The notes under the pieces were generated by a model that had not been told where the DNA came from, made no database searches, and was given only the letters and a program-made list of their open reading frames with translations. A stretch of 64,000 bases of DNA, taken from contig JAMOQJ010000012.1 of assembly GCA_027064065.1 (NCBI GenBank), positions 19 through 64,018 of the forward strand. Direction: 5' to 3'. Shown here piece after piece: positions 63,021 to 64,000 of the stretch (positions within the stretch are counted from its first letter, which is position 1; each line of letters starts with the position of its first letter). The stretch is from Desulfurellales bacterium. Its GTDB lineage: Bacteria; Campylobacterota_A; Desulfurellia; Desulfurellales; Hippeaceae. The position numbers were made by a program, and so were the translations under genes.

Positions 63021-63194
63021 GAGCCCGCCCAATCTTCCACCTCCGAAGTGGAAGGTTGGGGTATAGTTCCAAAACCCGGATATTCTACATACAATTGCGA
63101 AAAATGCGGCAAAGTGGTTTATTCAAAATCACCAGTGCAGTCTGCAGGATGCCCTGCGGGATCTTCCCACAGATGGAAAAAAAGTCAACAGTAG
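63021..63194 (+). pseudogene. Fragment encoding a CxxC...C...H zinc-ribbon-like motif
   Basis: Frame reads YNCEKCGKVVYSKSPVQSAGCPAGSSHRWKK; no clear RBS or ATG. Confidence 0.5.
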
Positions 63195-63271
63195 TTTACT
63201 TTGAAGTAATTTGGGGGTTGTATCTTTACGTAGGGATTATAAGATTTAACCTACATTCTTTTCTTAATGCC

Positions 63272-63342
63272 CTTATCTACCTATTCGTATATTTGCCCAC
63301 TTTTCTCTTCTACTCTTCTACTCATCCACCCATCCACCCATT
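63272..63342. repeat. Degenerate 8-bp tandem repeat
   Basis: CTCTTCTA CTCTTCTA CTCATCCA CCCATCCA CCCATT at 63305-63342, with weaker units upstream. Confidence 0.65.
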
Positions 63343-63396
63343 AGCGTTAATTGCTTTATATTTGATGTTCATTATAATTTTAGTTTAATGGAGTGA

Positions 63397-63561
63397 ACTA
63401 ACGAAAAGCAAATCTTTGAAGTTGGCGGTAAGAATAAGGACTTTTTCCAGCTAAAAGACATAGAAAATAGCCATCTTGCTATCGACGACATAGAAATAGG
63501 CTTGGGACACAAAATGCCACTGTGGCTATTTGGGTTTTGTTTTAGAGAGTTGACCCGTTAA
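63397..63561 (+). pseudogene. C-terminal remnant of a COG1373-type AAA ATPase
   Basis: FEVGGKNKDFFQLKDIENSHLAIDDIEIGLGHKMPLWLFGF; no start codon, in-frame stop upstream. Confidence 0.7.
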
Positions 63562-63677
63562 ACGAAGGGCTGCTTAATAAAAATAAGCAAAAATAATCTT
63601 AAAGAAAGAATAATATTTATATTTCAAATAAGAAAAGGATTTTTTCAAAATCTGTATTTATCCTAATTTCTTATCAA

Positions 63678-63998
63678 CTAAACCGTTTTTTTGCCCCATA
63701 CATAAAGGATGGAGAATGTTGTCTTTACCATTGAATCGCCTGTTGAATATAGCTTTTCGTATAATTTGCAGAATTTGATAAACTGATTTTTCCCTACCAT
63801 TTTTGAGCTTTTTGTATATCTTGCGCCTGTTTTTTTGTGATAGGCAAGCATATCTTTTACGCTTGGATATTTGAATACATAGGTTCTTAACTCGCTTTGG
63901 CAAATAGCGCCGCTTTTTTCTAATATGTCTATATAAAAGTCTGCAGGCTTTAAAGGAAAGGTTGAGCCAAAACCCGTCAAATGATACAGGCTTTTCAT
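63678..63998 (-). CDS. C-terminal part of a BioC-like methyltransferase (5' end outside window)
   Basis: YPSVKDMLAYHKKTGA resembles the BioC C-terminal motif. Confidence 0.55.
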   Translation of the reverse strand: MKSLYHLTGFGSTFPLKPADFYIDILEKSGAICQSELRTYVFKYPSVKDMLAYHKKTGARYTKSSKMVGKNQFIKFCKLYEKLYSTGDSMVKTTFSILYVWGKKTV

Positions 63999-64000
63999 CT

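Noticed and set aside
63056..63388. 110-aa ORF from the track
   Set aside because: Runs across a repeat tract and overlaps a more protein-like frame; probably spurious

Overview
This is a low-GC bacterial chromosome segment. Gene content suggests a Desulfurellales/Campylobacterota-like diderm such as Hippea, but that is inference only. Most of it is housekeeping: fabD-fabG-acpP-fabF, fba/pgi, an EF-G paralogue, two asd copies, ispE-spoVG-tRNA-Gln-prs-rplY-pth, a FabX-like flavoprotein, typA, a TAXI-TRAP transporter, a long envelope operon (bamD-hsp20-lon-lolC/E-lolD-bamA-skp-lpxD-fabZ-lpxA-lpxB-lpxJ-lpxK-msbA), rpmE, moeA, pta-ackA, a TetR-RND efflux locus, rpsF-ssb-rpsR-rplI-dnaB-uvrA and a Fur-family gene. 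These are followed by a cobalamin-riboswitch-preceded class III ribonucleotide reductase locus and a decayed accessory patch. The strongest observation is a split NrdD: the glycyl-radical loop is encoded by a separate 58-aa ORF absent from the ORF track, and both new termini carry heptad (coiled-coil-like) helices. Also notable are two promoter-to-terminator candidate sRNAs, a CDS that ends inside tRNA-Arg, an unannotated 42-aa acidic peptide, and several paralogues with degenerate catalytic motifs. All calls come from reading motifs by eye; no searches were run.
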